From NCBI GenBank assembly GCA_963786935.1, contig CAWBAN010000005.1, forward strand, positions 32,001 to 96,000: DNA of 64,000 bases. The letters are read 5' to 3'. A model generated the notes under the pieces. That model did no database searches. It was not told the DNA's origin and saw only the letters and a list, made by a program, of their open reading frames with translations. A program made the position numbers and the translations under genes. Numbering within the stretch: position 1 is the stretch's first letter; each line of letters opens with the position of its first letter. This DNA comes from an uncultured bacterium. Its GTDB lineage: Bacteria > Krumholzibacteriota > Krumholzibacteriia > Krumholzibacteriales > Krumholzibacteriaceae. Positions 20,327 through 30,617 of this stretch are shown in pieces.

Positions 20327-21784
20327 ATGCACCCGATTGTGAAGGGCATAGCCTGCATAGGGATTTTCCCGTATCTTGTTTTATGCGTGGCGGTTGGAAA
20401 CGCCGCTCCGCAGGTGTTGTGCTCGTCCGAGCTGCAGGAAAACGCGCTGCCGCAGACGGGATATATCGGCATCTGGGCGGACGCAACTCACGCCGATTGC
20501 GACGTTTATCCGGCCGTGTACGCGCCGTTTGAAGCGTATATCTGGTGCTTGCCGAGCGTCCGCGGCCTTCAAGCCGCCGAGTTCGCGGTCAGCTTCCCGC
20601 CGACGATCATTACCCTCGCCACCGTCAAGAACCCCGGCATCTCCGTCGAGCTTGGCTCGCTCGCGGCCGGCATCAGCGTTGCGTTCGGTGAGGGTATGTG
20701 CCAGCAGGAGTGGGTCTACTTGTACCGGCTCACCTTGATGTCGCTGGCCTCGGTCCCCGCGAGGATCGATATCGTCCCGCATCCGATGACGCTGCCGGTG
20801 CCGGCGTATCAGTTCGCGAGCTGCCAGCCCGGCTATCCGATCGAGCCGTGTGTGTATATGGAACCGCTGTACGTCAATCAGTCCTGCAGCTGGTGCATTC
20901 CCAGCATTCCCTTTCTCAATAACGTGACGGTGGAGAGCTCGACCGTCATCCATGCGTTCTTCGATGTGCCCCCGATGCCTCCCGTCCCGCCGCCGACCTC
21001 AGCTCATTTCTTCCTGTATAATAAAGCCAACCTGGAGGATACGATTCGCTGCATTCTGGCGGAGCCGCCGCAGTACAGCGAGGGATATGAATATGTCCTC
21101 ACGCTTGAGAGCGCGATGGTGGACAATACCACGTATGTGCTGGAGGCCCTCCATTTCCACCAGAATGCCGGTCCCGCGGGAGACTCGTGGTTTTGGTTCA
21201 CATTCCATGAGGCGAACGCGACGCTGCTGCAGAGCTGCTCCGCGGCTGTGGGCATATCGGGTATCGATCTCGCATGGGAGCTCTCCGAGGTTGATGCGGG
21301 GATCGAGTTCTTCGTTTCTCGTTCCGAGAACGGAGCCGATTTCATCGAGCTCGACAAGAGCCGTCTCGCGCGTGACGGGCTCAGATTCACCTATATGGAC
21401 TCGGGAGTCGAGCCGGGGAAGCGGTACGTTTACAAGGTCGAGTACACGCTCGACGGGAAGAGCAGGCTGCTCTTCATATCCGAGGAGATCCGGATGCCCG
21501 CGGCGCTCCTTGCGCTCGAGCAGAATCATCCAAACCCGTTCAATCCCTCGACGACGATCTCGTTCTCGCTGACCGACGAGTGCGTCGTGCGGCTCGAGGT
21601 TTATGACGTGAGCGGGCGGCTCGTCGCGAAGCTCGTGGACGGAGCGCGGCTGAGCGCCGGTCCGCACGACGTCGCGTGGAACGGCCGGGACGTCTCGGGC
21701 AGGGCCGCGGCCTCGGGCATCTACGCGTATCGCCTCGTCGCCGGCAAGGAGACGATCTCGCGGAAGATGGTTTTGCTGCGGTGA
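20327..21784 (+). CDS. Secreted protein with C-terminal FlgD-Ig/T9SS type A sorting-like domain
   Basis: RBS GGAGG and ATG 20327; C-terminal LEQNHPNPFNPSTTISFSL...VYDVSGRLV...WNGRD.SGR.AASGIY.YRL...KMVLLR. Confidence 0.85.
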   Translation: MHPIVKGIACIGIFPYLVLCVAVGNAAPQVLCSSELQENALPQTGYIGIWADATHADCDVYPAVYAPFEAYIWCLPSVRGLQAAEFAVSFPPTIITLATVKNPGISVELGSLAAGISVAFGEGMCQQEWVYLYRLTLMSLASVPARIDIVPHPMTLPVPAYQFASCQPGYPIEPCVYMEPLYVNQSCSWCIPSIPFLNNVTVESSTVIHAFFDVPPMPPVPPPTSAHFFLYNKANLEDTIRCILAEPPQYSEGYEYVLTLESAMVDNTTYVLEALHFHQNAGPAGDSWFWFTFHEANATLLQSCSAAVGISGIDLAWELSEVDAGIEFFVSRSENGADFIELDKSRLARDGLRFTYMDSGVEPGKRYVYKVEYTLDGKSRLLFISEEIRMPAALLALEQNHPNPFNPSTTISFSLTDECVVRLEVYDVSGRLVAKLVDGARLSAGPHDVAWNGRDVSGRAAASGIYAYRLVAGKETISRKMVLLR

Positions 21785-21863
21785 TTTGGATCCATAGCGC
21801 CTGATGCGGGAAGCGGCCGTTCCGGGCGCGCGCGCCGATTGACACCGGGCTTATAATCATCGA

Positions 21864-23741
21864 ATGAGAGGCGCGGGGGGCAACCTTCTCTTTGCGATCT
21901 GCATCGCGCTCGCCTTCGTCGGATGCAGTGAAGATCCCGTCGTGCCGAAGAAGCGGGCGACTCCCTCCGATCTCGGCACTCCGATCCCGTACATCTATCA
22001 ACCGGCGTATGCGGCGAGCGAGCCGCAGTACGCGAAGATGACTCTGTTCGGATGGCGCGCCGGAGAGGGATCGGCGCCGGCCGAGACCCGCTATCTCTGG
22101 CGTCTCTGCGTCGATTCGACGGGCGCCTACAATCCCGCATTCGACATCATCAAGGACCTGAATGCGAATCCGTGGCGATACGGGAGCGAGTGGTCGCCGT
22201 GGACGCCGTTCGACGCGCCGGGAGATTCCGGCAGGGCGACGATCATCGGCGACGACGAGCCGCTCACGGCCGGCCGGATATACGTACTCGCCGTGCAGGC
22301 GCGGGACGCGGCCGGCAGGACCACCGACACCTTCAGCGTCCGCGCGAACGCGCGCAGGTTCAGGATCAGGGCGGCGGTGTCGCCGCTCCTCGTTCTCTAC
22401 GAGGAGCACCTCGTCGGTTTCCGGTTCCTCGGAACGAACTACAATCCCGAGCGGAGGGATTTCCCGCCGGGCGTTCCGCTGCGCTTCACGTGGCGGGCGG
22501 ACGTGAGCGACTACGGGGGCACGATCGCCGGCTACCGCTGCGCGTGGGACGTTCCGGACTACCTCGCGTGGAGCGATCCCTTCGCGCCCGGCCTCACCGC
22601 CGCAAACGAGGTCTCGTTTTACGCCGGCGTTCACACGCTTTTCGTCGAGGCGGTCGACATCGCGGGCAACCGAGCTCTCGCCCGCGTCACCGTGAACGTC
22701 GTGCCGTTTCCGATGGACCGCTCGCTCCTCTTCGTCGACGATTACCACGGGGCGAGCGCGCAGCCGGAGGATTACTCGAATCCGTCGGAATCGAATCACG
22801 ACCAATTCTGGCTGCGCCTCTGCTCGCGCGCGTCGGGATTCGATCCCGCGCGGGACGTCTACGACGCGGTCGAGAACCTGGTCAGGCCGCCCGCCCTCGA
22901 TCTCCTCGGGAGGTACCGGAACGTCATCTGGACGTATTCATCCGAGAGCAACGCGTGGAGCAAGATGATTCTCTTCACGCCGGAGAGCCAGGTCGGCAAG
23001 ACGGGAAGGCATCCCGTCAATCATCTCTCGCTGTTTCTCGCGAAGGGCGGGCATCTCTGGACGCTCGGGCAGGGGCAGCGGAGCGGGGGGCTCGCCGCGG
23101 CGCTTCCGACGACGGCGCAGTCGTTCCCCGTGAATCTCGCGTGCGAGATCACCGGGAACCGCGCGGACTGCGACGGCGATCGGAGCGGCGTGCGGAGCAT
23201 GCCGTACCGCGATTACTGCGTCACGGTGCTCGACAAGGTCGACGGCATCCTGCGGACGACGGGCGTCATGCCGGAGCGGTCCATGAGCCGCTACGACTGC
23301 ATGGCGTACGCGCTGCGCGACGATTCGGATCCGCTCACCGTGTCGCGTCCGGGATTGCCGGCGCGCATCGATCTCTGGTCGGAGGTCACGAAGCCGGGGC
23401 GCTATTTCGATCCCGGCGATACCCTCGGTGTCGGCGGCCTCACCTACGTCGAGGCGTACGATCCCGCGTACTGGATGAATCTGAACGCCCTCCGGTCGCA
23501 GCCGTGCTTCCATCCGATATACTCGATGAAGGCGGCGAACGATTCCTCGGCGCTGGACGGCGCGGCCGTCGCGCTGTGGGTGACGAAGTACGCCGACGTC
23601 GTTCCCGAGGTCTCGGGGGGAACGGGCGCGGCGGCGGCGAGCTTTCATTTCGGGTTCCCGCTGTGGTTTTTCCGGCGGAGCGCCGTCGACAGCATCGCGG
23701 CGGTCGTATTCGACGAATGGGGGATTCTGCCGCCGCAATGA
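21864..23741 (+). CDS. Hypothetical lipoprotein
   Basis: Lipobox LAFVGC; typical coding bias; TATAAT 6 nt before ATG suggests a leaderless transcript. Confidence 0.75.
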   Translation: MRGAGGNLLFAICIALAFVGCSEDPVVPKKRATPSDLGTPIPYIYQPAYAASEPQYAKMTLFGWRAGEGSAPAETRYLWRLCVDSTGAYNPAFDIIKDLNANPWRYGSEWSPWTPFDAPGDSGRATIIGDDEPLTAGRIYVLAVQARDAAGRTTDTFSVRANARRFRIRAAVSPLLVLYEEHLVGFRFLGTNYNPERRDFPPGVPLRFTWRADVSDYGGTIAGYRCAWDVPDYLAWSDPFAPGLTAANEVSFYAGVHTLFVEAVDIAGNRALARVTVNVVPFPMDRSLLFVDDYHGASAQPEDYSNPSESNHDQFWLRLCSRASGFDPARDVYDAVENLVRPPALDLLGRYRNVIWTYSSESNAWSKMILFTPESQVGKTGRHPVNHLSLFLAKGGHLWTLGQGQRSGGLAAALPTTAQSFPVNLACEITGNRADCDGDRSGVRSMPYRDYCVTVLDKVDGILRTTGVMPERSMSRYDCMAYALRDDSDPLTVSRPGLPARIDLWSEVTKPGRYFDPGDTLGVGGLTYVEAYDPAYWMNLNALRSQPCFHPIYSMKAANDSSALDGAAVALWVTKYADVVPEVSGGTGAAAASFHFGFPLWFFRRSAVDSIAAVVFDEWGILPPQ

Positions 23742-25723
23742 AAGCCGTGACGAGAATAACGATTCTCCTCGCGATCGCCGCCGCGCTCGCGGCGGTCGCG
23801 GGCTGCGATGCGGATTCGCCCACCGCCCCGAGCGAGAAGGGATCGGCCGCCGAGATCGCCGCCGATGTGTTCGTCGTGGACGGCACGGCCGGCCTCTCGT
23901 TCGTCGAGGCGAACGACTCGATGCTCGTGTTCGATATGCTCGGGCCGGCGCCGCCGATTCCGACGGGCGGGGTCGTCGTCGGCGCCGACGGAGGGGGCTA
24001 CATCCGCCGGGTGCGGTCAATGGGCAGAAGCGGAAGCCGGCTCTACATCGCCACCCGCCCCGCCGTCCTCGCGGACGCAGTCATCTCCGGCACCCTCGAC
24101 GCGACGGCAACGATCGGCTTTTCCAGCGGGATCGATCTTTCGAACGTCGTCCTGCATTCGGGAGACGCCGGGGGCGCCCCGCTCTCGGTGACGATCGAGA
24201 GCGGCCGCATCGAGTTCGAGCCCGCGATCGACCTCTCCCTGCGGATCGTTCCGTACAAGCTCCATCGATTCACGGCGAGCGCGGCGGGAAATCTCCATTT
24301 CGAGTGCGAGGTGAGCGTCGAGGCGGGCGGTCCGATCGCGAGCGCCCGAAGCATGCCGATCGCTTCGATCCGGAAGCCGGTCGTCTTTTTTCTCGGCCCC
24401 GTGCCCGTCGCCGCCGCGGTCACGATGACCTTCATGGCGGGCTTCGACGTCTCCTCCGATTCGGCGTTCGCGGGCGATCTCGGGATCGATATCTCCGGTC
24501 CCCTGCGGTGCGGCATCCGGTTCGATCGGGGCGCATGGTCGCTCTCCTCCGAAGCTTCTCCCGTGTATACGCCGCGGTCCTTCCAATACGAGAGCCGCAA
24601 GGGCGCGCGGATGACGCTGACCATCGAGCCGAAGATCGAGATCGAATTCTTCGGCGCGCCGTGCGTCGAGCTCGAATTCGGTCCGTCGTTCGGGCTCGAC
24701 GAGCGCGACGAGGGATTCTCCGTCCTCGCGTGGGAGCTCTTCGCCGCGTATCACGGCGCCGCGGCGTTCGATCGCGGCGCGCTCGACCGCTTTGCGCCGC
24801 CGTTCGAATCGGGGCGCTCCCGTTGCTGCGCGACGACGCTCGCGTCCGGGCCGTTCCACACCGACGACTACGTCTTTGCCGGACAATGGAAGATTGCGGG
24901 GCCGCCCGGCTCCGTCATCTCGTATCCGACGGGAATCGCCGTGGACGTGGCCGGAAACGTGTACGTCGTCGAGAGCTGGAACGGCGAGGTGCAGAAGTTC
25001 ACCTCCGAGGGCGCCCTCCTGCGCCGCTGGGGCGAGCCGGGCGCGGGGGACGGACAGTTCGAAACCCCCGAGAAGATCGCGGTCGACGGGGACGGATTCG
25101 TCTACGTCGTCGACGGCGGCAACCACCGCGTTCAGAAATTCACCCCCGACGGAGCATTCATCTTGAAATGGGGGAGCGAGGGCGCCGGCGACGGGCAGTT
25201 CCGTTCGCCCGTCGGCGTCGCGGCGGCGGGCGGCGTCGTGTACGTCACGGACGGCCGGAACAACCGCGTCCAGAAGTTCTCGGCGTCGGGCGGATTCCTC
25301 GGCGCGTGGGGGGAATACGGCGCGGGGCCGGGCCAGTTCAACGGCCCGATGGGCGTCGCGATCGATCCCGCGGACGGGACCGTTCTCGTCGCCGACTGCC
25401 AGAACCACCGGATCCAGCGGTTCTCGCCCGACGGCGCGCCGCTTGCGGCCTGGGGGAGCCACGGAACGGGGGAGGGCCAGTTCAACTGCGCCGTCGCCGT
25501 GACAGCCGTCGCGGGAGGCTCGGTCTTCGTCGCCGATATCGGAAACGACCGAATCGAGCGCTTCGCCTCGGACGGGACGTTCGTAACGAAGCTCGGGACG
25601 ACCGGGACCGCCGAGGGGCAGTTCGATCATCCCGAGGGAGTGGCAGTGGACGCGCGCGGCTATCTCTACGTCGTCGACGCGCGAAACAGCCGCGTGCAGC
25701 GGTTCGCGCCGCGCGCGCGGTGA
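23738..25723 (+). CDS. NHL-repeat (6-bladed beta-propeller) lipoprotein
   Basis: ATGA overlap with the upstream gene; lipobox VAGC; repeated WG..G.GDGQF..P.G.AVD..G.VYV.D..N.RVQKF. Confidence 0.88.
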   Translation: MKAVTRITILLAIAAALAAVAGCDADSPTAPSEKGSAAEIAADVFVVDGTAGLSFVEANDSMLVFDMLGPAPPIPTGGVVVGADGGGYIRRVRSMGRSGSRLYIATRPAVLADAVISGTLDATATIGFSSGIDLSNVVLHSGDAGGAPLSVTIESGRIEFEPAIDLSLRIVPYKLHRFTASAAGNLHFECEVSVEAGGPIASARSMPIASIRKPVVFFLGPVPVAAAVTMTFMAGFDVSSDSAFAGDLGIDISGPLRCGIRFDRGAWSLSSEASPVYTPRSFQYESRKGARMTLTIEPKIEIEFFGAPCVELEFGPSFGLDERDEGFSVLAWELFAAYHGAAAFDRGALDRFAPPFESGRSRCCATTLASGPFHTDDYVFAGQWKIAGPPGSVISYPTGIAVDVAGNVYVVESWNGEVQKFTSEGALLRRWGEPGAGDGQFETPEKIAVDGDGFVYVVDGGNHRVQKFTPDGAFILKWGSEGAGDGQFRSPVGVAAAGGVVYVTDGRNNRVQKFSASGGFLGAWGEYGAGPGQFNGPMGVAIDPADGTVLVADCQNHRIQRFSPDGAPLAAWGSHGTGEGQFNCAVAVTAVAGGSVFVADIGNDRIERFASDGTFVTKLGTTGTAEGQFDHPEGVAVDARGYLYVVDARNSRVQRFAPRAR

Positions 25724-25771
25724 CGCGCGGCCGGCGCCGGCGCGGACCGAGAACGGCTCGCCCCGCGCAGG

Positions 25772-25811
25772 GAAACGCGCCGCCGCCCGTCGGGAGCGGC
25801 GGCGCCGTTTC
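25772..25811. terminator. Hairpin between the convergent NHL gene and hcp
   Basis: GAAACG-CGCCGCCGC / GCGGCGGCG-c-CGTTTC inverted repeat. Confidence 0.5.
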
Positions 25812-25816
25812 GTTCG

Positions 25817-27471
25817 TCAGGCCAGCATCGCCTTCAGATCCGCTTCGGCAGTCGTGACGGGCTTCAGGCCGAACTGATCGGCGAGAATGGCGAGCACGGG
25901 GGGCGTCACGAAGGCCGGCAGGCTCGGGCCGATCCTGATGTTCTTCATCCCGAGATAGAGAAGCGTCAGCAGCATGGCGACCGCCTTCTGCTCGTACCAC
26001 GAGAGGACGAGGGAGAGCGGCAGCTCGTTCACGCCGACGCCGAACGCCTTCGAGAGCGCGAGCGCGATCTGCACGGCGGAGTACGCATCGTTGCACTGCC
26101 CGATGTCGAGGAGACGCGGAATGCCGCCGATGTCGCCGAACTCGAGCTTGTTGAAACGGTACTTGCCGCAGGCGAGCGTGAGGATCACGCAGTCGTCGGG
26201 CACGGCCTGCGCGAGGTCGGTGTAGTAGTTCCGCCCCGGCTTGGCGCCGTCGCAGCCGCCGATGAGGAAGAAGCGGCGGATCTTCTTCGCCTTGACCGCG
26301 TCGATCACCGCGCCGGCGACGCCCATGACGGCGTTTCTGCCGAAACCGACGGTGATCGTCTTTTCGGGTCCGTCCGCCGCGAATCCGGGCGCGGCGAGCG
26401 CGGCCTCGATGACCGGCGCGAAATCGCGCTTCCCGTCGATGTGCCGCACGCCCGGCCACGCAACGAGGCCGCTCGTGAAGATGCGGCCCATGTATTTCTC
26501 GCGCGGCTTCTGGATGCAGTTCGTCGTCATGAGGACGGCGCCGGGGAACGCGTCGAACTCCTTCTGCTGGTCCTGCCACGCGCCGCCGTAGTTGCCGGCG
26601 AGGTGCTTGTACTTCTTGAGGCCCGGGTAGCCGTGGGCGGGGAGCATCTCGCCGTGCGTGTAGACGTTGATCCCCTTCCCCTCGGTCTGCTTGAGGAGCT
26701 CCTCGAGATCCTTGAGATCGTGCCCGGAGACGACGATCGCCTTCCCCTTCACCGGCGTCACGCGGACCTTCGTGGGCTCGGGTGCCCGTACGTCCCCGTG
26801 TTCGCCGCGTCGAGCAGCTCCATCGCCTTGAGGTTGATCTCGCCGGTCTTCATCGCCCAGCCGAGCAGCTCCTCCGCCGTGGGCTTGCCCTTCGCGAGCG
26901 CAGTCGAGCACCTCGTGGAAGGAGGCGTACAGCGCCGCGTCCTCCGTGCCGAGGATCTGCGCATGGTCGGCGTACGCGGCGGCTCCCTTGAGCCCGTACG
27001 TGACGAGCTCCTGGAGGCCGGTGACGTCGGCGCCGAGGGCGGTGTTCCGCTCGAGGATCGAGATGCCGAGACCCTGCTTGACGAGGCCGTCGACGTCGCC
27101 GGCCGGCTTGAGCGCCGCGGGACCGCCGAGCGTCTCCGGCTGTCGCGCCGGCCTTCGCGCAGGCGCCTTCATAGAGCTTCCGCGCCGCGTCGCGGACCGC
27201 GGCGGCCCGGTGAATGATCGCCGTGAGGCTCTCCGGATCGAAATTGACGTTCGTCACGGTCGTGAAGAGCGCCTCGATCGACGAACACGTCGACGTCGCG
27301 GTCGCGCGCGCCGAGCCGGGCGGCCCGGTGGGCGTACATCGAGATGCCTTTCGCCTGGTACAGGAGGAGGTCCTGCAGGGCGGCGGTGATCGGGTCCTTG
27401 CCGCAGACGCCGGTCTTGACGCAGCCCGTTCCCTTCGTCGTTTGCTCGCACTGGTAGCAGAACATGCTCAT
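25817..27471 (-). CDS. hcp: Hybrid cluster protein (hydroxylamine reductase), about 4 apparent frameshifts
   Basis: [12 protein letters not shown]...[50 protein letters not shown]; frame changes near 27280, 27145, 26900 and 26785. Confidence 0.93.
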
Positions 27472-27532
27472 CGAATGCTCCTTTCACATGGGTTTCGTTG
27501 ATGAATCTATGAAAATCCCGTTCAGTCCGTCG

Positions 27533-28732
27533 TCACGGCGCGACCGGCTTCTTCGTCGCCTCGGCGATCTCGCGGCCGAACGCGCGGCACACGTCGAGCT
27601 CCTCGGGGCGAGGCTGCCATTTGAACCTGATGCCGTCGCGGATGATCCCGATCCCGGAGGCCGCGAGGTGCTCCTCGATCTGCTTGACCGCCTCGCCGCT
27701 CCATCCGTACGATCCGAACGCCGCGCCGATCTTGTTCTTGAACTTGAGCCCCTTGATGTCGGTCATGACCGGCATGATCGTCGGCAGCACGCCGTTGTTG
27801 ATCGTCGACGAGCCGACGAGGACCGTCCGCGCCTTGAAGACATCGGTCAGGACGTCGTTCCGGTCGGAGACGGCGAGATTGAGGATCTTGTAGTCGACTC
27901 CCGCCTCGGCGAGGCCCTCGCCGATCGCCTCGGCCATCTGCCGCGTGCCGTTCCACATCGTGTCGTAGAGGATGACCGCGCTCTGCGCCGGTTTCTGCGC
28001 GGCCCATTCCTGATATTTCTTGACGATCTGGAGCGGATCCTTCCGCCAGATGATGCCGTGGCTCGGCGCGATCATGTCGACGGGGAGCTTGAGCGCGATG
28101 TATTCGTCGATCTTCTTGATGACCCGGTCGCTGAACGGCGTGAGGATGTTCGCGTAGTACTTGAGCGCCTCCTCGTAGAGCTCTTCCTGATTCACCTCGT
28201 CGTTGAAATGGAACGCCGTCGCGTAGTGGTGCCCGAACGCGTCGTTCGACATGAGGATGTTGTGCCCGGTGAGATAGGTGAACATGCTGTCCGGCCAGTG
28301 GAGCATCGGCGCCTCGACGAAGACGAGATCGTTCGCGCCGATGTTGATCCGGTCCCCCGTGCTCACTTTCCGCATCTTCCAGTTCTCGTGGTAATGCCCC
28401 GGGATGCTCGTCGCGCCCTGTTTCGACACGATCAACTCGGCGTTCGGCGCGTGCCGCATGACGAGCGGCAGCCCTCCCGAATGATCGGTCTCCGCGTGGT
28501 TGGCGACGACGATGTCGATCTTCGCCGGATCGACGAGCTCGCGGATGTTGGCCATGAGCTCCTCGGCGAACGGTCCCCAGACCGTGTCGACGAGAACGGT
28601 CTTGGTGTCCTTGATGAGATAGGCGTTGTACGACGAGCCGCGATGAGTGCTGAGCTCATGCCCGTGGAATCTGCGCAATTCCCAATCGACGACGCCGACC
28701 CAGTAGACGCCTTCTTTCAGCTTGACGATCAT
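27533..28732 (-). CDS. fprA: Flavodiiron protein (class A; NO/O2 reductase)
   Basis: GSSYNAYLI, NHAETDHSG, HWPDSM, SNDAFG, APSHG, and flavodoxin domain YDTMWNGT...AFGSYGWSGEA. Confidence 0.92.
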   Translation of the reverse strand: MIVKLKEGVYWVGVVDWELRRFHGHELSTHRGSSYNAYLIKDTKTVLVDTVWGPFAEELMANIRELVDPAKIDIVVANHAETDHSGGLPLVMRHAPNAELIVSKQGATSIPGHYHENWKMRKVSTGDRINIGANDLVFVEAPMLHWPDSMFTYLTGHNILMSNDAFGHHYATAFHFNDEVNQEELYEEALKYYANILTPFSDRVIKKIDEYIALKLPVDMIAPSHGIIWRKDPLQIVKKYQEWAAQKPAQSAVILYDTMWNGTRQMAEAIGEGLAEAGVDYKILNLAVSDRNDVLTDVFKARTVLVGSSTINNGVLPTIMPVMTDIKGLKFKNKIGAAFGSYGWSGEAVKQIEEHLAASGIGIIRDGIRFKWQPRPEELDVCRAFGREIAEATKKPVAP

Positions 28733-28797
28733 CGATCCCACCTCCCGCGAAATCCGTTTTCTATGTGCCCCGCTTCGCGGGGCCGCGCGAGCGTTTT

Positions 28798-29220
28798 CTA
28801 GGCTCCGGAACGAAAATCCCTCGAGAGCTCCGCGAGCGTCGTGCCGTCGAGACATTTCTGCACCGCGTCGTTCGTCTTGTGAATGATCGCGCCGAGCGCG
28901 CATCTGTTCCCCTTGCAGACGGGGAGCGCGAGCAGGCAGCGTCCGGGGGTGAGCGGCCCCTCGATGGCCTCGTAGATCTCGAGGAGCTTCATCTTCTCCC
29001 AGCCCGGGCGAAGCTTGAATCCGCCCGTCGGGCCGCGCATCGAAAGAACGATCCCGCTGTGGGCGAGCCGTTGGAGAACCTTCGAGAGATGATTCTCGGA
29101 GGCCCCGAGCGCCCGCGCGATTTCCTTGCTCGACACGAGCCCTTCCGTGTGCTGCCCGAGATAGGCGGCCGTGTGAAAGGCGAGCGAAGACGCTTCGGAT
29201 ATTTTCGTAAAACTCGACAT
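28798..29220 (-). CDS. Rrf2 family transcriptional regulator with three Cys
   Basis: HLSKVLQRL...G.V.S.RGPTGGF.L, EIYEAIEG, C-x6-C-x4-C. Confidence 0.92.
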   Translation of the reverse strand: MSSFTKISEASSLAFHTAAYLGQHTEGLVSSKEIARALGASENHLSKVLQRLAHSGIVLSMRGPTGGFKLRPGWEKMKLLEIYEAIEGPLTPGRCLLALPVCKGNRCALGAIIHKTNDAVQKCLDGTTLAELSRDFRSGA

Positions 29221-29365
29221 GGCGAACCTCATTCCTTACAATCAGGTACTAAAATGCCATAATTGCGTCGCGCTGTCAAGATTGTTTTTTCCCGATGCCC
29301 GTTTTTTTCCGGGCGTCCGGCCGTCGCTGCCCCTGTGCTATACTGCTTCTCGGGAGGAACGCCGC

Positions 29366-30598
29366 ATGGGGAAGCAGGATACGACGCCCGGGCGCGCCGC
29401 GGGCTCCGACGATTCGTGGGCCGGGCGCCGCGTCATCGCGCACATCGACATGGACGCCTTCTTCGCCTCGGTCGAGGCGCACGACGATCCCTCGCTCAAG
29501 GGGAAGCCGGTCATCGTCGGCGGCGATATGAAGCGCGGGGTGGCGAGCGCGGCGAGCTACGAGGCGCGGGTCTTCGGCGTCCACTCGGCGATGCCGCTCT
29601 TCCAGGCGCGCCGCCTCTGCCCGAACGGCGTGTTTCTCCCGGTCCGCATGGAGCGCTACGTCGAGGTCTCCCGCGTCGTGATGAGATGCCTCGGGGAGTT
29701 CTCGCCGCTCGTCGAGCAGGTGTCGGTCGACGAGGCGTTCGTCGATCTGACCGGCACCGGGCATCTCTTCGGCGATCCCGAGCGGGCGGCTCGGTCGATG
29801 AAGGCCCGGATCTCCGAACGGACCTCGCTCACGTGCTCGATAGGCGTATCGGTCTCGAAGCTCGTCGCCAAGATCGCTTCCGACATGAACAAGCCCGACG
29901 GCCTCACGATCGTGCCCCCCGCGGAGGTCGCTCGCTTTCTCGCGGCGCTCCCCGTGAAAAAGGTCCCCGGCATCGGCGAGAAGGGCGCGGAGGAGCTCGC
30001 CGCGCTCGGCATCGCGCGCGTCGGCGACATCGCGAAATATCCGCCGGCGCGGCTCGAGGAGCGCTTCGGAAAGTTCGGCGCGTGGCTCCTCGAGATCGCG
30101 GGAGGCGCCGAGGGAGCGCCGGTCGAGCCGTGCACGGCGCCGAAGTCGGTCAGCGCCGAGGAAACCCTCGACGAGGACACGTCCGACGAGACGATCATCA
30201 GGAAAGTTCTGCTCGGCCAGGCCGACCGCGTCGGGCGCCGGCTCCGCGAGGAGGGATTCCGCGGCCGGACGGTGACGCTGAAGCTCAAGCATCACGATTT
30301 CCGGCAGATCACGCGAAGCTCGACGCTCGCCGAGCCGACCCAGCTCGGCGAAACGATATATCATGAGGCGCTCGAGCTCCTCTCCGTGTATAATCTGCGC
30401 TCGAAGGTGAGGCTCGTCGGCCTCGGCGTCTCGAATCTCGAGCCGTTGGACGCGCCGGGCGCGCCCGAGCAGCTGTCCCTTTTCGGCCCCCCGAAGGGAG
30501 CCGAGGGGAAATGGGCGAAGGTCGAGCGGGCCGCCGACGAGATCGAGCGGCGGTTCGGCCGCGGCGCGGTGAAGCGGGGGAGCCTCCTCGAGGAATGA
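29366..30598 (+). CDS. dinB: DNA polymerase IV
   Basis: IAHIDMDAFFASVE, ASYEAR.FGV.SAM, SVDEAF, AKIASD.NKPDG. Confidence 0.97.
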   Translation: MGKQDTTPGRAAGSDDSWAGRRVIAHIDMDAFFASVEAHDDPSLKGKPVIVGGDMKRGVASAASYEARVFGVHSAMPLFQARRLCPNGVFLPVRMERYVEVSRVVMRCLGEFSPLVEQVSVDEAFVDLTGTGHLFGDPERAARSMKARISERTSLTCSIGVSVSKLVAKIASDMNKPDGLTIVPPAEVARFLAALPVKKVPGIGEKGAEELAALGIARVGDIAKYPPARLEERFGKFGAWLLEIAGGAEGAPVEPCTAPKSVSAEETLDEDTSDETIIRKVLLGQADRVGRRLREEGFRGRTVTLKLKHHDFRQITRSSTLAEPTQLGETIYHEALELLSVYNLRSKVRLVGLGVSNLEPLDAPGAPEQLSLFGPPKGAEGKWAKVERAADEIERRFGRGAVKRGSLLEE

Positions 30599-30617
30599 CC
30601 CGGGAGCATCGGGAATC

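Noticed and set aside
21839..21857. TTGACA and TATAAT both present as a consensus promoter
   Set aside because: Spacer is only 7 nt, so they cannot act as a pair; the -10 alone may be functional
22052..23737. N-terminal 562 aa of the 1223-aa NHL ORF
   Set aside because: Overlaps the 21864-23741 lipoprotein; the real start is ATG 23738 with a signal peptide
24920..25700. Periodic repeats in the NHL gene
   Set aside because: Protein-level NHL blades with variable DNA sequence
26780..27290. Programmed frameshifting in hcp
   Set aside because: About four scattered indels without slippery heptamers; sequencing error or decay is more parsimonious
29280..29365. SOS box upstream of dinB
   Set aside because: No recognisable LexA palindrome seen; only an extended -10 (TGCTATACT)
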